A DNA stretch of 64,000 nucleotides from a virus (IMGVR_UViG_2687453780_000005:1-64000); one strand, 5' to 3'; positions 1 through 8,906 are shown, counted from the stretch's first letter. Translations and numbers: made by a program. The notes: generated by a model from the letters alone, not told the origin.

Positions 1-639
1 TTACTGCAGCCAATCAAGGTGATCACACCTGCTTTGAAGCTCCATAAAAAACTTTGATATATGGAATCCATCCATGAGGGCATGATTGGCCAGGATTGTT
101 ACCGGTACCTTTAAGCTTCCCTCTGATTTGAAATACTTACCCCAGGTAATACGGGGATTGCTGTCAGCTGGAATCGGAACCGGTTGAATGATAGACGTAT
201 AGCTCACCCATGGAATGCTGGAAAAGTAGAAGAGCTGATCCTCGTCTTTCCCGTCCGAAAGAGACTGGGACTGTCTGGCCATTTCCTGCCGCTGCTTTCC
301 ATCCTTAAGATAAGCGCCAAAGGGCAGTCGGTCGTCTGCGGTGCAGTAACAATAGTTTTCGTCTTCTAAGGCAAGAGTATAGGAAGGGATACAATGGTCA
401 TATTCAATTATTCCATCTCCATGAATGCGGCGGCGGAATTCCGGGATAGAGTTGGCTGCCTGAGCGGACGCATAAAGGAAAGTCAAATAAAAGGGCAGTT
501 CTTTTTCTTTAATAGCGCTCATGAAATATGTAATGTCCAAATTTACGGTCATACCTACGTATGGGTAAGCGAAATTGCGGAAAAGGTTAAATTGATCTTT
601 TCGCTGATAATGTTCCATGTCAAGATGTTGATAACTCAT
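1..639 (-). CDS. cat: CatA-like chloramphenicol O-acetyltransferase family protein (host gene)
   Basis: Motifs FSSIPW, PRITWGK and NHALMDGFH (catalytic His region). ATG at 639 follows an AGGAGGTG RBS. More GC-rich than the prophage. Confidence 0.85.
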   Translation of the reverse strand: MSYQHLDMEHYQRKDQFNLFRNFAYPYVGMTVNLDITYFMSAIKEKELPFYLTFLYASAQAANSIPEFRRRIHGDGIIEYDHCIPSYTLALEDENYCYCTADDRLPFGAYLKDGKQRQEMARQSQSLSDGKDEDQLFYFSSIPWVSYTSIIQPVPIPADSNPRITWGKYFKSEGSLKVPVTILANHALMDGFHISKFFMELQSRCDHLDWLQ

Positions 640-782
640 AAAATACACCTCCTGATTTTATAAACCAATTGCGGCATAGAGCCTTAGGGAGAGGAGCAGG
701 TAATATGCGCAATCATGATACAAAAAAATACCGGAAACCTTATAATAATAAGGAAAACCGGCATTCTTAAGTATATTGTCAA

Positions 783-822
783 TCGGAGTAACAGGATTTG
801 AACCTGCGACCTCTCGGCCCCC
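783..822 (-). other. Prophage att core: displaced 3' half of tRNA-Pro
   Basis: Minus strand reads GGGGGCCGAGAGGTCGCAGGTTCAAATCCTGTTACTCCGA, i.e. anticodon-side half, T-arm and acceptor 3' strand ending CCGA. No 5' half upstream. Composition changes here. Confidence 0.8.
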
Positions 823-869
823 ACGAGATTCAAAAAGGCTGATAAAATAAGGGGTTTTGAAGACAATAT

Positions 870-895
870 TCAAAAGGTAATCAAAAAGGTAATCA
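870..895. repeat. Tandem CAAAA(A)GGTAAT repeats beside att, probable integrase arm sites
   Basis: tcaaaaggtaatcaaaaaggtaatca lies ~50 bp inside the att core. Confidence 0.45.
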
Positions 896-1028
896 CTTAT
901 TATGAAAGGAGAGTTTCGCACATCGTAAAGATTATGTATTAAAATAAGAAGTGTGGGGTTGACATATTTTTTATTTTAGTACATAATCAAACTATTATAT
1001 TATATTATATTAATAGTGAGGTAATCTT

Positions 1029-1265
1029 ATGCCAAGAGGAGTTCGCAAGTCACCACTTGAAAAATTACAGGAAGAACTAAAAAGTACACAAGATTCGATA
1101 GAACAATATAAAGCTGCAATCAAAACACTTCAGGAAAGAGAAAAGCAAATACAAGAAGGAATTAAAGTTGAACAGCTTAAGGATTTGTCCACCGTACTTG
1201 AAGAGAATAATATAACGATTTCAGCATTAAAGGATTTAATTGCTAACAGTGATAAAACTAAATAA
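1029..1265 (+). CDS. Small coiled-coil hypothetical protein
   Basis: 78-aa ORF, GAGGT RBS, followed by a hairpin and T-tract. Confidence 0.75.
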   Translation: MPRGVRKSPLEKLQEELKSTQDSIEQYKAAIKTLQEREKQIQEGIKVEQLKDLSTVLEENNITISALKDLIANSDKTK

Positions 1266-1272
1266 TAATACA

Positions 1273-1306
1273 AATAGGCTAGTCGAAATGACTGGCTTAT
1301 TTTTTT
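1273..1306 (+). terminator. Intrinsic terminator
   Basis: ATAGGCTAGTC-gaaat-GACTGGCTTAT then a T-run. Confidence 0.7.
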
Positions 1307-1348
1307 GTAATCACTATAAAAAAAGTAGCACAAGTGTTTACTTTCCTA

Positions 1349-1360
1349 GAACATATGTGC
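1349..1360. promoter_or_regulatory. LexA-box-like site in the lexA promoter
   Basis: GAACATATGTGC (consensus GAAC-N4-GTTC) abuts the -10 TATAAT at 1361-1366. Confidence 0.65.
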
Positions 1361-1401
1361 TATAATTGATTATAATCAAAAATGAAAGGGTGAGATGTCG
1401 A

Positions 1402-1992
1402 ATGAAAAAACTGTCTGATAAACAAAAATTAGTATACGACTATATCAAGCAATATGTCAAGCAAAATGGATATCCACCTACAGTGAGAGAGGTGGCAGAT
1501 GAGCTAGGTAAATCAGCTTCTACCGCACAATTTCATATGCAGAAACTGGAAGAACTGGGACATATTGTCCGAGATCCTGCTAAACCTAGAGCATACGAAC
1601 TTAAAGAGTTAAATAATAAGACTGTTGACATACCCGTACTTGGTACTGTTGCCGCTGGATTACCGTTATATGCAGAACAAAATATAAGAGAATATTTTCC
1701 AATCCCTGCCGAAATAGCCAAGGGTAATGACTATTTCATGCTTAAAGTAAAGGGTGACAGCATGATTAAGGTTGCGATTTATAACGGTGATCTTATTTTA
1801 GTGAGTAGGCAGTCCTATGTAGATAATGGAGAAATAGCAGTAGTATTGGTAAATAATGAAGCAACAGTAAAACGCTTTTATAAAGAAGATGGGTATTATA
1901 GATTACAGCCAGAAAATGATTTGATGCCTCCGATTATCGTGTACAATGCCGAAATATTAGGCAAAGTAGTTGGAGCGTTTAGGACTATGTAA
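1402..1992 (+). CDS. lexA: LexA-family repressor (prophage-encoded)
   Basis: N-terminal GYPPTVRE winged helix, Ala-Gly cleavage site (VAAGLP), catalytic Ser (GDSM) and Lys (TVKR). Likely start MKKLSD at 1402. Confidence 0.92.
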   Translation: MKKLSDKQKLVYDYIKQYVKQNGYPPTVREVADELGKSASTAQFHMQKLEELGHIVRDPAKPRAYELKELNNKTVDIPVLGTVAAGLPLYAEQNIREYFPIPAEIAKGNDYFMLKVKGDSMIKVAIYNGDLILVSRQSYVDNGEIAVVLVNNEATVKRFYKEDGYYRLQPENDLMPPIIVYNAEILGKVVGAFRTM

Positions 1993-2015
1993 ATAAAAAA
2001 CAAAGGAAGATCGTC

Positions 2016-2351
2016 GTGGTATACTATATTAACAAGCAAGCTATAGAGATAAAATCGCAATTTGATGGGGTTTTACTGACCTCAACAAATGAATGCTGTT
2101 GCGCAATTGGAATTCTGGCAAAAATATACGGCCTTCCTATGCCAACAAAATTTGAAACTCTAGAAGAGATGAAAGAAGATTTACACAAACAAATTGACAG
2201 AAAGCCTATACCGTCTGAATATGCATCAAAAGTAATTAACATGCTCGACGGATATATTAAGCCAGACACTATCACAAATGAATTATATGACCTATTGCAA
2301 TATGCTTATAATGAGCAGCACGGATTTGAACCAGCTTACAAACCGAAGTAA
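2016..2351 (+). CDS. Hypothetical protein
   Basis: 111-aa ORF after lexA, AAGGA RBS, hairpin downstream at ~2356-2380. Confidence 0.7.
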   Translation: MVYYINKQAIEIKSQFDGVLLTSTNECCCAIGILAKIYGLPMPTKFETLEEMKEDLHKQIDRKPIPSEYASKVINMLDGYIKPDTITNELYDLLQYAYNEQHGFEPAYKPK

Positions 2352-2395
2352 AAACAAGGAAGCACTAAAGGCTTCCTTTCATTTCCACTATCAAA

Positions 2396-2409
2396 CGAAC
2401 ATACATTCG
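2396..2409. promoter_or_regulatory. LexA-box-like site upstream of the ligase operon
   Basis: CGAACATACATTCG next to the -10 TACAAT (2412-2417). Confidence 0.6.
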
Positions 2410-2434
2410 TATACAATATAATCGAGGTGATTAG

Positions 2435-2611
2435 ATGTTAGGAAAGTGTCGACTTGCGCCAGACATTAATAGGTGTCCCCATTACATTAGAGAAAAAGAA
2501 GGCTGTGGAGCCGACCATACAAAATGCGGATTTTTCCGGAACCCGGAGACTAAAAAGGAAATAGGCAATCAAAAAGTGCCTAAATGGTTTGAGCAATACT
2601 ATGATAGGTAG
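2435..2611 (+). CDS. Small Cys-rich protein (58 aa, not in ORF track)
   Basis: GAGGTG RBS; MLGKCRLAPDINRCPHYIREKEGCGADHTKCGFF... Confidence 0.65.
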   Translation: MLGKCRLAPDINRCPHYIREKEGCGADHTKCGFFRNPETKKEIGNQKVPKWFEQYYDR

Positions 2612-2619
2612 GAAGAGAT

Positions 2620-2931
2620 ATGGGCGTATTTGGAATTGGTACTAATGTAAAAAGAATTGATAGCGGAATAATAAGGGGCACCACATACCCCATTGCTTGC
2701 ATGGCCTGGTATACTCCTGGCTGCCCTCCCAGGCCGTTGCTATTTAAATTTGAGGGCAAAGACGGGATTTTACAGACGATAACTGATCTTAAAATAAGCC
2801 ATACTGATTTTAAATGTTATGACGGTGAGCAAGTCAATGAGTATAGGTGTGATGCGATAATCGGTGGTATTCTATTTGGATTTAAGCTTATTTTCTACAT
2901 CGTTAGTTGTCGATGGGTTATGGTCGTTTGA
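2620..2931 (+). CDS. Hypothetical protein
   Basis: 103-aa ORF with RBS, in the same operon. Confidence 0.7.
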   Translation: MGVFGIGTNVKRIDSGIIRGTTYPIACMAWYTPGCPPRPLLFKFEGKDGILQTITDLKISHTDFKCYDGEQVNEYRCDAIIGGILFGFKLIFYIVSCRWVMVV

Positions 2932-2985
2932 ATAAATATTATCGCATATTAGCACACTACCACTATTAAAAAGGCGGTATGTATA

Positions 2986-3918
2986 ATGGATATGTTTGAT
3001 GAAAAAGGTATCAAACCTATGCTAATATCAGAAAGAGTTGATCCGTATGACGATGTGGATTCTATCTTTGAGCTTAAATTTGACGGAATCAGATGTATTG
3101 CATATATAGATGATCAATCTACTGATTTAAGGAATAAACGGAATATGATGTTATTGCCAAGATTCCCGGAATTAGAACTATTACATGAGGGCTGCAAACA
3201 GAAATGCATACTTGACGGAGAGTTAATCGTATTAGTCAATGGGAAGCCAGATTTTTACGAAGTCCAAAGAAGGACGGTCTTAACTGATCCCTTTAAGATA
3301 GAACTAGCGTATAAAAAACACCCAGCCGGTTTTGTGGCTTATGATATACTTTACTATAAAGACAAACCCGTAACTGATTTGCCGCTGATGGAGCGCAAAA
3401 AGTTGTTGGACGAAGTAATATCAGAAAGCGATATTTTGTCAAAATCTCGATACATTGAAACTGATGGAATAGCAATGTACAAATTCGCGGAAGATTTCAA
3501 CTTGGAGGGTGTCGTTGGAAAAAAGAAATCAAGCCTATATTGGTTTGGGAAAAAGTCAAAAGAATGGAAGAAAATTAAAGTACTCAAAGAAGAAGATTTT
3601 ATATGCATAGGTTATATGTTCAATAAAAACAGCATGACTACCCTGATACTAGCGAAGTATGATGACAAGAATAAACTAATTATTACGAACCATGTTTCTC
3701 TCGGAGTAAGTATCGCTAAGCTTAAACAACATGGCATGAAAATTTCCGATTGCCCCATAGATAGTTTAACCGGATATGCCGATGCAACATGGATTGAGCC
3801 AATGGTATGTACTATTGAATATATGCCTTCTGAGAAAGAAGGAATACGCCAACCGACATTCAAAAGTGTGCGAGTCGACAAATTGCCTGAAAAATGTAGA
3901 TTACACAATACACATTGA
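2986..3918 (+). CDS. ATP-dependent DNA ligase (minimal LigD/LigB-type)
   Basis: Adenylation motif ELKFDGIR, plus ILDGEL, YDIL and EGVVGK. Confidence 0.9.
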   Translation: MDMFDEKGIKPMLISERVDPYDDVDSIFELKFDGIRCIAYIDDQSTDLRNKRNMMLLPRFPELELLHEGCKQKCILDGELIVLVNGKPDFYEVQRRTVLTDPFKIELAYKKHPAGFVAYDILYYKDKPVTDLPLMERKKLLDEVISESDILSKSRYIETDGIAMYKFAEDFNLEGVVGKKKSSLYWFGKKSKEWKKIKVLKEEDFICIGYMFNKNSMTTLILAKYDDKNKLIITNHVSLGVSIAKLKQHGMKISDCPIDSLTGYADATWIEPMVCTIEYMPSEKEGIRQPTFKSVRVDKLPEKCRLHNTH

Positions 3919-4001
3919 TTTATAATAAAACTCAGATTTGCTTAAAATATGGGAGCTAAAATGCTTCTATATTTTTTAACAACGAAAAGAACATATGTAC
4001 G

Positions 4002-4193
4002 ATAAATAGCAATTTAACTAATAAAGCTGATAAAAGCGCTTTGGTTGACAAAAACCAGTTTATGTATGCGTATAATGCCGCTGACTGGAAAGTTTTATTA
4101 GGCTTGGAAAATGGCTGGTTATTTGTGCGGATCGTAAATATTAATACAGGTGTCAACGTCTATAATGGTAAAGTACAACTCACATCATTTTAA
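4002..4193 (+). other. Silent tail fibre C-terminal cassette A (63 codons, no start)
   Basis: Open frame INSNL-TNKADKSALVDKNQFMYAY...KVQLTSF* beginning at the TAAATAGCAATTTA site. Confidence 0.8.
4003..4016 (+). repeat. Shufflon crossover site 1, TAAATAGCAATTTA
   Basis: Identical 14-mer occurs at 4003(+), 4540(-), 6275(+) and 6871(-). Confidence 0.88.
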
Positions 4194-4204
4194 ATGATCA
4201 TTTA
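4191..4204. repeat. Palindromic cassette-junction site TAAATGATCATTTA
   Basis: Lies between convergent cassettes A and B and contains both stop codons. Second copy at 6619. Confidence 0.75.
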
Positions 4205-4554
4205 AGCCTGGTAACAAACAGCCAACCTTCGGCATACAGTGTCGTACCATTAAAGTGCCTTGTCTGCAATACAACATTTTTACTGCTTTCAGATATCTTA
4301 ATTATGCACGAATGTGTAAATGCTTGAAATCCGGCTGCAAGTACTAATGATGCTGATCCGCGACCGTCCAACTCATCTCCAACTTTTAAATATCGGTCAA
4401 CTCGTGATGTTGTGGTCAAAGTTAATCTAATACTGGAGTTGACAATGTAAGTCCCTGGTGGCAACCAAATATTGGTTACTGACGTTATAGAATCTGTTGG
4501 CACGTTTATTGTTCCAGTAGCCATATCATATTCATAACCTAAATTGCTATTTAG
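4198..4554 (-). other. Silent tail fibre C-terminal cassette B
   Basis: ORF 4198..4524 extends in frame to LNSNL-GYEYDMATG at site 2. Confidence 0.82.
4540..4553 (-). repeat. Shufflon crossover site 2
   Basis: Reverse complement of TAAATAGCAATTTA. Confidence 0.88.
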
Positions 4555-4598
4555 TGAATATCAATCAAATGAAATAAAAAATGAAAGGAGGTGTAGCA

Positions 4599-5627
4599 AT
4601 GTGCTCATCCATTACATCCAGTGTTATTGATAGTATAATGATAGAACTATCCGAAAATAACATAATAACAGCCGATAAGCTTTCAGATACTAAAATGATT
4701 TTAGAAATATGCCTTTTAAAATATAATATTTCAGAAATTGAACAAAAAAATGAGATTTCCACTGACGTAGATAGGACACAATTTTATTTACAACAATTTT
4801 TATTAAACATGAAATTACGAGGCTGTACTGCTGGAAGTATTAAGAGTTACAATAATGAATTAAAAAATTTTTTGTTATACATAAATAAACAAATTAATGA
4901 TATCACTTATCATGATATACAAAATTTTTTGGCTTATGGAAAAATACACAAAAAATGGGCAGATAGAACATACAATATAAAATTAATTATAATCCGCTCT
5001 TTCTTTGCGTTTTTGTATGAAGAAGACTATATAAAAACTAATCCTGGGAAAAAACTTCATGAAACCAAGGTTGAACATAAAATTGGAATAATAGTAACCC
5101 CATATCAAAGGGAAGAAATAAAATGTGCTTGCAAAAATGAAAGAGAACAGGCAATGTGCGAAATGCTATATAGCACCGGTGCTAGAATAAGCGAGTTGTG
5201 TGCCTTGAATATACATGATATAAATTTTCATAACATGTCTGCGATTGTATATGGTAAGGGCAGAAAAGAAAGAGAGATATATTTTAACGCACCAACCAAA
5301 TTACATCTTGAAAAATATTTGGATTCAAGGTCAGATAATAATCCGGCTTTATTTGTGATATCTAAAAAACCATATACAAGACTGACTCCATCTTCAGTTA
5401 GAGCTATGCTAAAAAGAATAAAACAAAGAGATGACAATATTGCGAATATTAAATTAACACCACATGTATTCCGAAGAACGGTAGGTACTGATATGATAAA
5501 TAAAGGCGCCCCTTTGGAAATTGTTGCAGAAAAATTAGGCCATATAAAACTAGATACCACAAGACAGTGCTACGCTTCAATTAGCAGAAATACCGTACAT
5601 CAAGCAAACAATAAGTACATTGGATAA
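4599..5627 (+). CDS. Tyrosine recombinase, predicted shufflon invertase
   Basis: TGARISE, PHVFRR, LGH and Tyr (RQCY) catalytic set; SAM-like N-domain; AAGGAGGTG RBS before ATG 4599; sits among the cassettes. Confidence 0.9.
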   Translation: MCSSITSSVIDSIMIELSENNIITADKLSDTKMILEICLLKYNISEIEQKNEISTDVDRTQFYLQQFLLNMKLRGCTAGSIKSYNNELKNFLLYINKQINDITYHDIQNFLAYGKIHKKWADRTYNIKLIIIRSFFAFLYEEDYIKTNPGKKLHETKVEHKIGIIVTPYQREEIKCACKNEREQAMCEMLYSTGARISELCALNIHDINFHNMSAIVYGKGRKEREIYFNAPTKLHLEKYLDSRSDNNPALFVISKKPYTRLTPSSVRAMLKRIKQRDDNIANIKLTPHVFRRTVGTDMINKGAPLEIVAEKLGHIKLDTTRQCYASISRNTVHQANNKYIG

Positions 5628-5671
5628 CAGAGGGAAACAATTAAAAATATCGCCCCCTCTGCTTGTTGTAT

Positions 5672-5791
5672 TTATGGTATTAGAATATTATTCTTTTCAT
5701 TTTCAGTAATCCATTTCTTAGAAACTGCATTTTCGAGTAACGTTTCAGATAATTTACCAGATTTAAATAACCACAATAACATTTCAAACAT
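5672..5791 (-). CDS. XkdX-like small tail fibre-associated protein (39 aa, not in ORF track)
   Basis: MFEMLLWLFKSGKLSETLLENAVSKKWITENEKNNILIP; the AVxKxWITxxE pattern is XkdX-like. Confidence 0.7.
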   Translation of the reverse strand: MFEMLLWLFKSGKLSETLLENAVSKKWITENEKNNILIP

Positions 5792-5792
5792 A

Positions 5793-6200
5793 TCATTTTC
5801 CCTCCAATTCATTTAGTATTAAAGTACCAAGACTTTCTTTCATAGCCGCATTTTCCTTTTCTAAAGCAATAATTCTCTCATTTAAATCGGGTAGTTTAAA
5901 CTCTCCAATTGCGACATCTGTTTTAATTTCTGTTATTCCATCCTCATCTGTTGCTACAACATATTCTTCAATGCTGTTTAACCTCCCAGCATATATTAAA
6001 TCAGATCTTATCCAATCCGTTTTTCCAGAAAGTCCAATTTGAGAAATTTCTCCATTTGCTTTTATAATGGTTTTAATTTCATTAAGAGATAATGTCCCCA
6101 TCTGAAAAGCAATTTTCCCTCCATTGTCGGACAAATCAACTCCTCCTACAACTAAGTCAAATTCAGCATTTCCAAATTTAATTTTTTCAATTTTATTCAT
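5793..6200 (-). CDS. Putative tail fibre assembly protein (XkdW position)
   Basis: 135 aa with a C-terminal coiled coil, directly upstream of the XkdX-like gene. Confidence 0.55.
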   Translation of the reverse strand: MNKIEKIKFGNAEFDLVVGGVDLSDNGGKIAFQMGTLSLNEIKTIIKANGEISQIGLSGKTDWIRSDLIYAGRLNSIEEYVVATDEDGITEIKTDVAIGEFKLPDLNERIIALEKENAAMKESLGTLILNELEGK

Positions 6201-6273
6201 AAATTCATTCCTTTCTTTTTTAAAATAAAAATAAGTCCGTATATGGGACTAGTTTGCGAGCAAGCTTAGTTAT

Positions 6274-6609
6274 CTAAATAGCAATTTAGCTAATAGACTT
6301 ATTTATGTTAGTGGGTTTTCCACTGTACCTGCAGCCAATATTAGGGTTGCGGTTGGTCAGATATCTGTAACTGTACCAGCTAATGCGGAAAACTTCGTGA
6401 TTAATGCTTCATCATTAACCGCAGGTGGATTGACTAACGGCGAAAATATAATTGGAATTAGCTGGTATTCCACGGATCTTACTAGCATCTTTCCAATCGG
6501 ATTTAGGTTGTCTTCGTCTAACCAAGTTGCTGTATATTTAAATAAAACGTCGACTGCTGAATTTACTTTAAATCTAAGGTATGTAACCTATTACTTTAAA
6601 TCTTCTTAG
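6274..6609 (+). other. Silent tail fibre C-terminal cassette C
   Basis: Frame LNSNL-ANRLIYVSGFSTVPAANIRVAVG... is continuous with ORF 6397..6609. Confidence 0.82.
6275..6288 (+). repeat. Shufflon crossover site 3
   Basis: TAAATAGCAATTTA. Confidence 0.88.
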
Positions 6610-6618
6610 TGTATATTT

Positions 6619-6632
6619 TAAATGATCATTTT
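6619..6632. repeat. Second cassette-junction site TAAATGATCATTTT
   Basis: Lies between convergent cassettes C and D. Confidence 0.72.
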
Positions 6633-7449
6633 AACTTGCTATATAAAAAACAGTACCCTCAACGTACGCATTCTTAGCGACTCCATCGCCATTTATTAGC
6701 TCACAGTGTAATCCCCACTTACCACTCTGTGAATGATATGTTTCTGTAGTAATGGCTGTAGTAGCTGATTTCACAGACACTATATGATTTCCAGTATACG
6801 GTAAATCCAGTAAAACATTGCCACTCGCATCTGTAGTGCCTGAATAATTAATTTTTTTAAATAACGAGTTTAAATTGCTATTTAGATCGGTAATGGATTG
6901 TTTAAGATTGTACGCTAATGCTGCACTGGCCGCTTTAGTTGTAATGTTTTCAAACTGGTTTGATATCATCGCCTTCAATAAAGCATTTTCATCTAAATCC
7001 ATGGTTGTTGCAATACTTTTAGAGATTTTTCCTAGTATGATCGACCATGCTTCGTTGGCTATCAAGTTTGCCAGCTTTGTAGCTTGCTGAAAATTAGTAT
7101 CTACATTCATTTTTCCGTCTGAACCAACTTTTGTCCCATCGCCCGATGTAGTAATACCAAATTCAGTTTGAGTGGCCTTCTTTGCACTAATTGTTCCGAT
7201 TTCATTAATTTTAATAGATATATTATCAGGTTTTACTACACCAGGACTATCCTCAGTAGCAACGCCACCACCCTGTGCTGACAATTGATAATAATTTGTA
7301 TTTGTTGGTAATGTTCCAATTGGAGGTAGAGTATGTACAAGATAACTACTCCCATTATAAGATACGACTCTGCCAACCTTATATTGTTTTGTATCAACCC
7401 ATTCTCCATCTGGTATTATTGCTATTGTTCCATAATTTTTTGTTGCCAT
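6631..7449 (-). CDS. Tail fibre/receptor-binding protein with switchable C-terminus (cassette D, 6631-6885, currently fused)
   Basis: Last tail-module gene; WxxxxxYxxGxxVxYNG repeat and ATxxxxGVVK fibre motifs; contains LNSNL encoded by site 4. Confidence 0.82.
   Translation of the reverse strand: MATKNYGTIAIIPDGEWVDTKQYKVGRVVSYNGSSYLVHTLPPIGTLPTNTNYYQLSAQGGGVATEDSPGVVKPDNISIKINEIGTISAKKATQTEFGITTSGDGTKVGSDGKMNVDTNFQQATKLANLIANEAWSIILGKISKSIATTMDLDENALLKAMISNQFENITTKAASAALAYNLKQSITDLNSNLNSLFKKINYSGTTDASGNVLLDLPYTGNHIVSVKSATTAITTETYHSQSGKWGLHCELINGDGVAKNAYVEGTVFYIAS
6871..6884 (-). repeat. Shufflon crossover site 4 (inside the fibre gene)
   Basis: Reverse complement of TAAATAGCAATTTA, in the LNSNL frame. 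Confidence 0.88.
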
Positions 7450-8411
7450 TATATCACTTCCTCCCCATAAAGATCTCCATCATCTATCCAAAAATCCATA
7501 CCTTTGGCTTCGGTTTCGCTCATTAATTCACCAGTTTCGAAATCAATATAAAATAACGGGATAATTAATTTTGATGCAGTGTCTACCTGTTCTTTTAAAT
7601 TCTTTGTTTGGCGATAGTACCATTCAGCGTTATCTTCAGTATCTTCGGGTATGATTCCGCCTTTAGCAAATCGCTGTGCCATATTTGCGTAATTATTCGC
7701 ATCGTTAGCTTTCTGGGTAACATGTATTAATGTGTTATCTGCCGTATCTATTAACTGATTTGCCGTAGAAACCGCTGTGTTTGCTTGTGTAAGTGTATTG
7801 TTTACTTCGACCGTTAGCTGCTGAATGTAAGTTTCTGTTGACTGTATTAAAGCATCAACATTGGATTGCATTTCAGAAAATTGACTTTGATAAGTCGACA
7901 TGTCATTTTGTATCTGAATGATAAGTTGATTAATTTCTTCTTGGCTTGCGTCTAAATCCTCAATTAGATCTGGAATGGTGAGAGCTTGCGATATCAAGTT
8001 TGACAACACATCAAAATCTTCGCTTGCAATTAATCCATCATAGTTAATCAACGATTTCTGAATTAATAAGTTCTGCTGTCTAGTAGAAATAACAGCAGGA
8101 CTTCCAGGTTCTTGGATAACAAATTCGTATTTCACTTTACCTACTTTTGAAAGCATCCTGCTTGTCATAATTAAAATAGGATATCCATTTTCCCATGGCT
8201 CATCAAGCCAGTCATCAACGTATGGGGTTGACTCACCATCGGCCCACATTCGTATTCTAATAGCTTCGTTTCCTTTCAATGAAACCATGTTGCCCTTATC
8301 TGTAATCATTATCCTGTATTTACGAGATAGATTATCGTACTGCTTAACCTTCTCATATACATAACTCATTTCTTGTGATACATCGGCTCTTATAGATTTA
8401 TAAGAAATCAA
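7449..8411 (-). CDS. BppU-like baseplate upper protein
   Basis: N-terminal VKQYDNLSR pattern followed by coiled coil; located in the tail module. Confidence 0.65.
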   Translation of the reverse strand: MISYKSIRADVSQEMSYVYEKVKQYDNLSRKYRIMITDKGNMVSLKGNEAIRIRMWADGESTPYVDDWLDEPWENGYPILIMTSRMLSKVGKVKYEFVIQEPGSPAVISTRQQNLLIQKSLINYDGLIASEDFDVLSNLISQALTIPDLIEDLDASQEEINQLIIQIQNDMSTYQSQFSEMQSNVDALIQSTETYIQQLTVEVNNTLTQANTAVSTANQLIDTADNTLIHVTQKANDANNYANMAQRFAKGGIIPEDTEDNAEWYYRQTKNLKEQVDTASKLIIPLFYIDFETGELMSETEAKGMDFWIDDGDLYGEEVI

Positions 8412-8475
8412 GATGAAACCTCCCTTCTATTGTGCTTTTTCAATAAAAAAGCGCTATTTACGCTCTGATTGTTTT

Positions 8476-8883
8476 TCATTTTATTTTAATTAATTTATCT
8501 AAGGCCAAAAGATATCCTGGCTCCAACATAAACGATGGGTTATTATCAACAAACTTGTCATAATCAAGTAGATATGGATCAATTTCAACCTCTAATTCTC
8601 CAAGTTTTGAAATCGATTCATCATATCTCTCGTGATCTTCATCACTCTTATAATTTGGAAGCACTTTGCCGTCTTCTAAGATCTTGGCATATTTACCTTC
8701 AATATCTTTGTAAAGATATTCTTTCATAAGTTTGTTTTGTTCTGTCTCGTAGTAAGTGCAGTGTTCTTTAATAATTCTTACATTTCTAAATATCCAATAG
8801 CTCATTTCTTGTGGCACTTTAATTCCGGATAGGCCACCAATAGCCCTATCCATATTTACGACTTCGTATAAATGTAATTTCAT
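8476..8883 (-). CDS. Hypothetical phage protein
   Basis: 135 aa, AAGGAG RBS. Confidence 0.7.
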   Translation of the reverse strand: MKLHLYEVVNMDRAIGGLSGIKVPQEMSYWIFRNVRIIKEHCTYYETEQNKLMKEYLYKDIEGKYAKILEDGKVLPNYKSDEDHERYDESISKLGELEVEIDPYLLDYDKFVDNNPSFMLEPGYLLALDKLIKIK

Positions 8884-8906
8884 ATATTCTCCTTATTTTA
8901 GGCAAC

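Noticed and set aside
783-860. Intact tRNA-Pro
   Set aside because: Only the 3' half is present; upstream sequence forms no D-arm or acceptor 5' strand.
4002-7449. Diversity-generating retroelement
   Set aside because: No reverse transcriptase, and no template/variable repeat pair differing at adenines; cassettes share only the 14-bp site.
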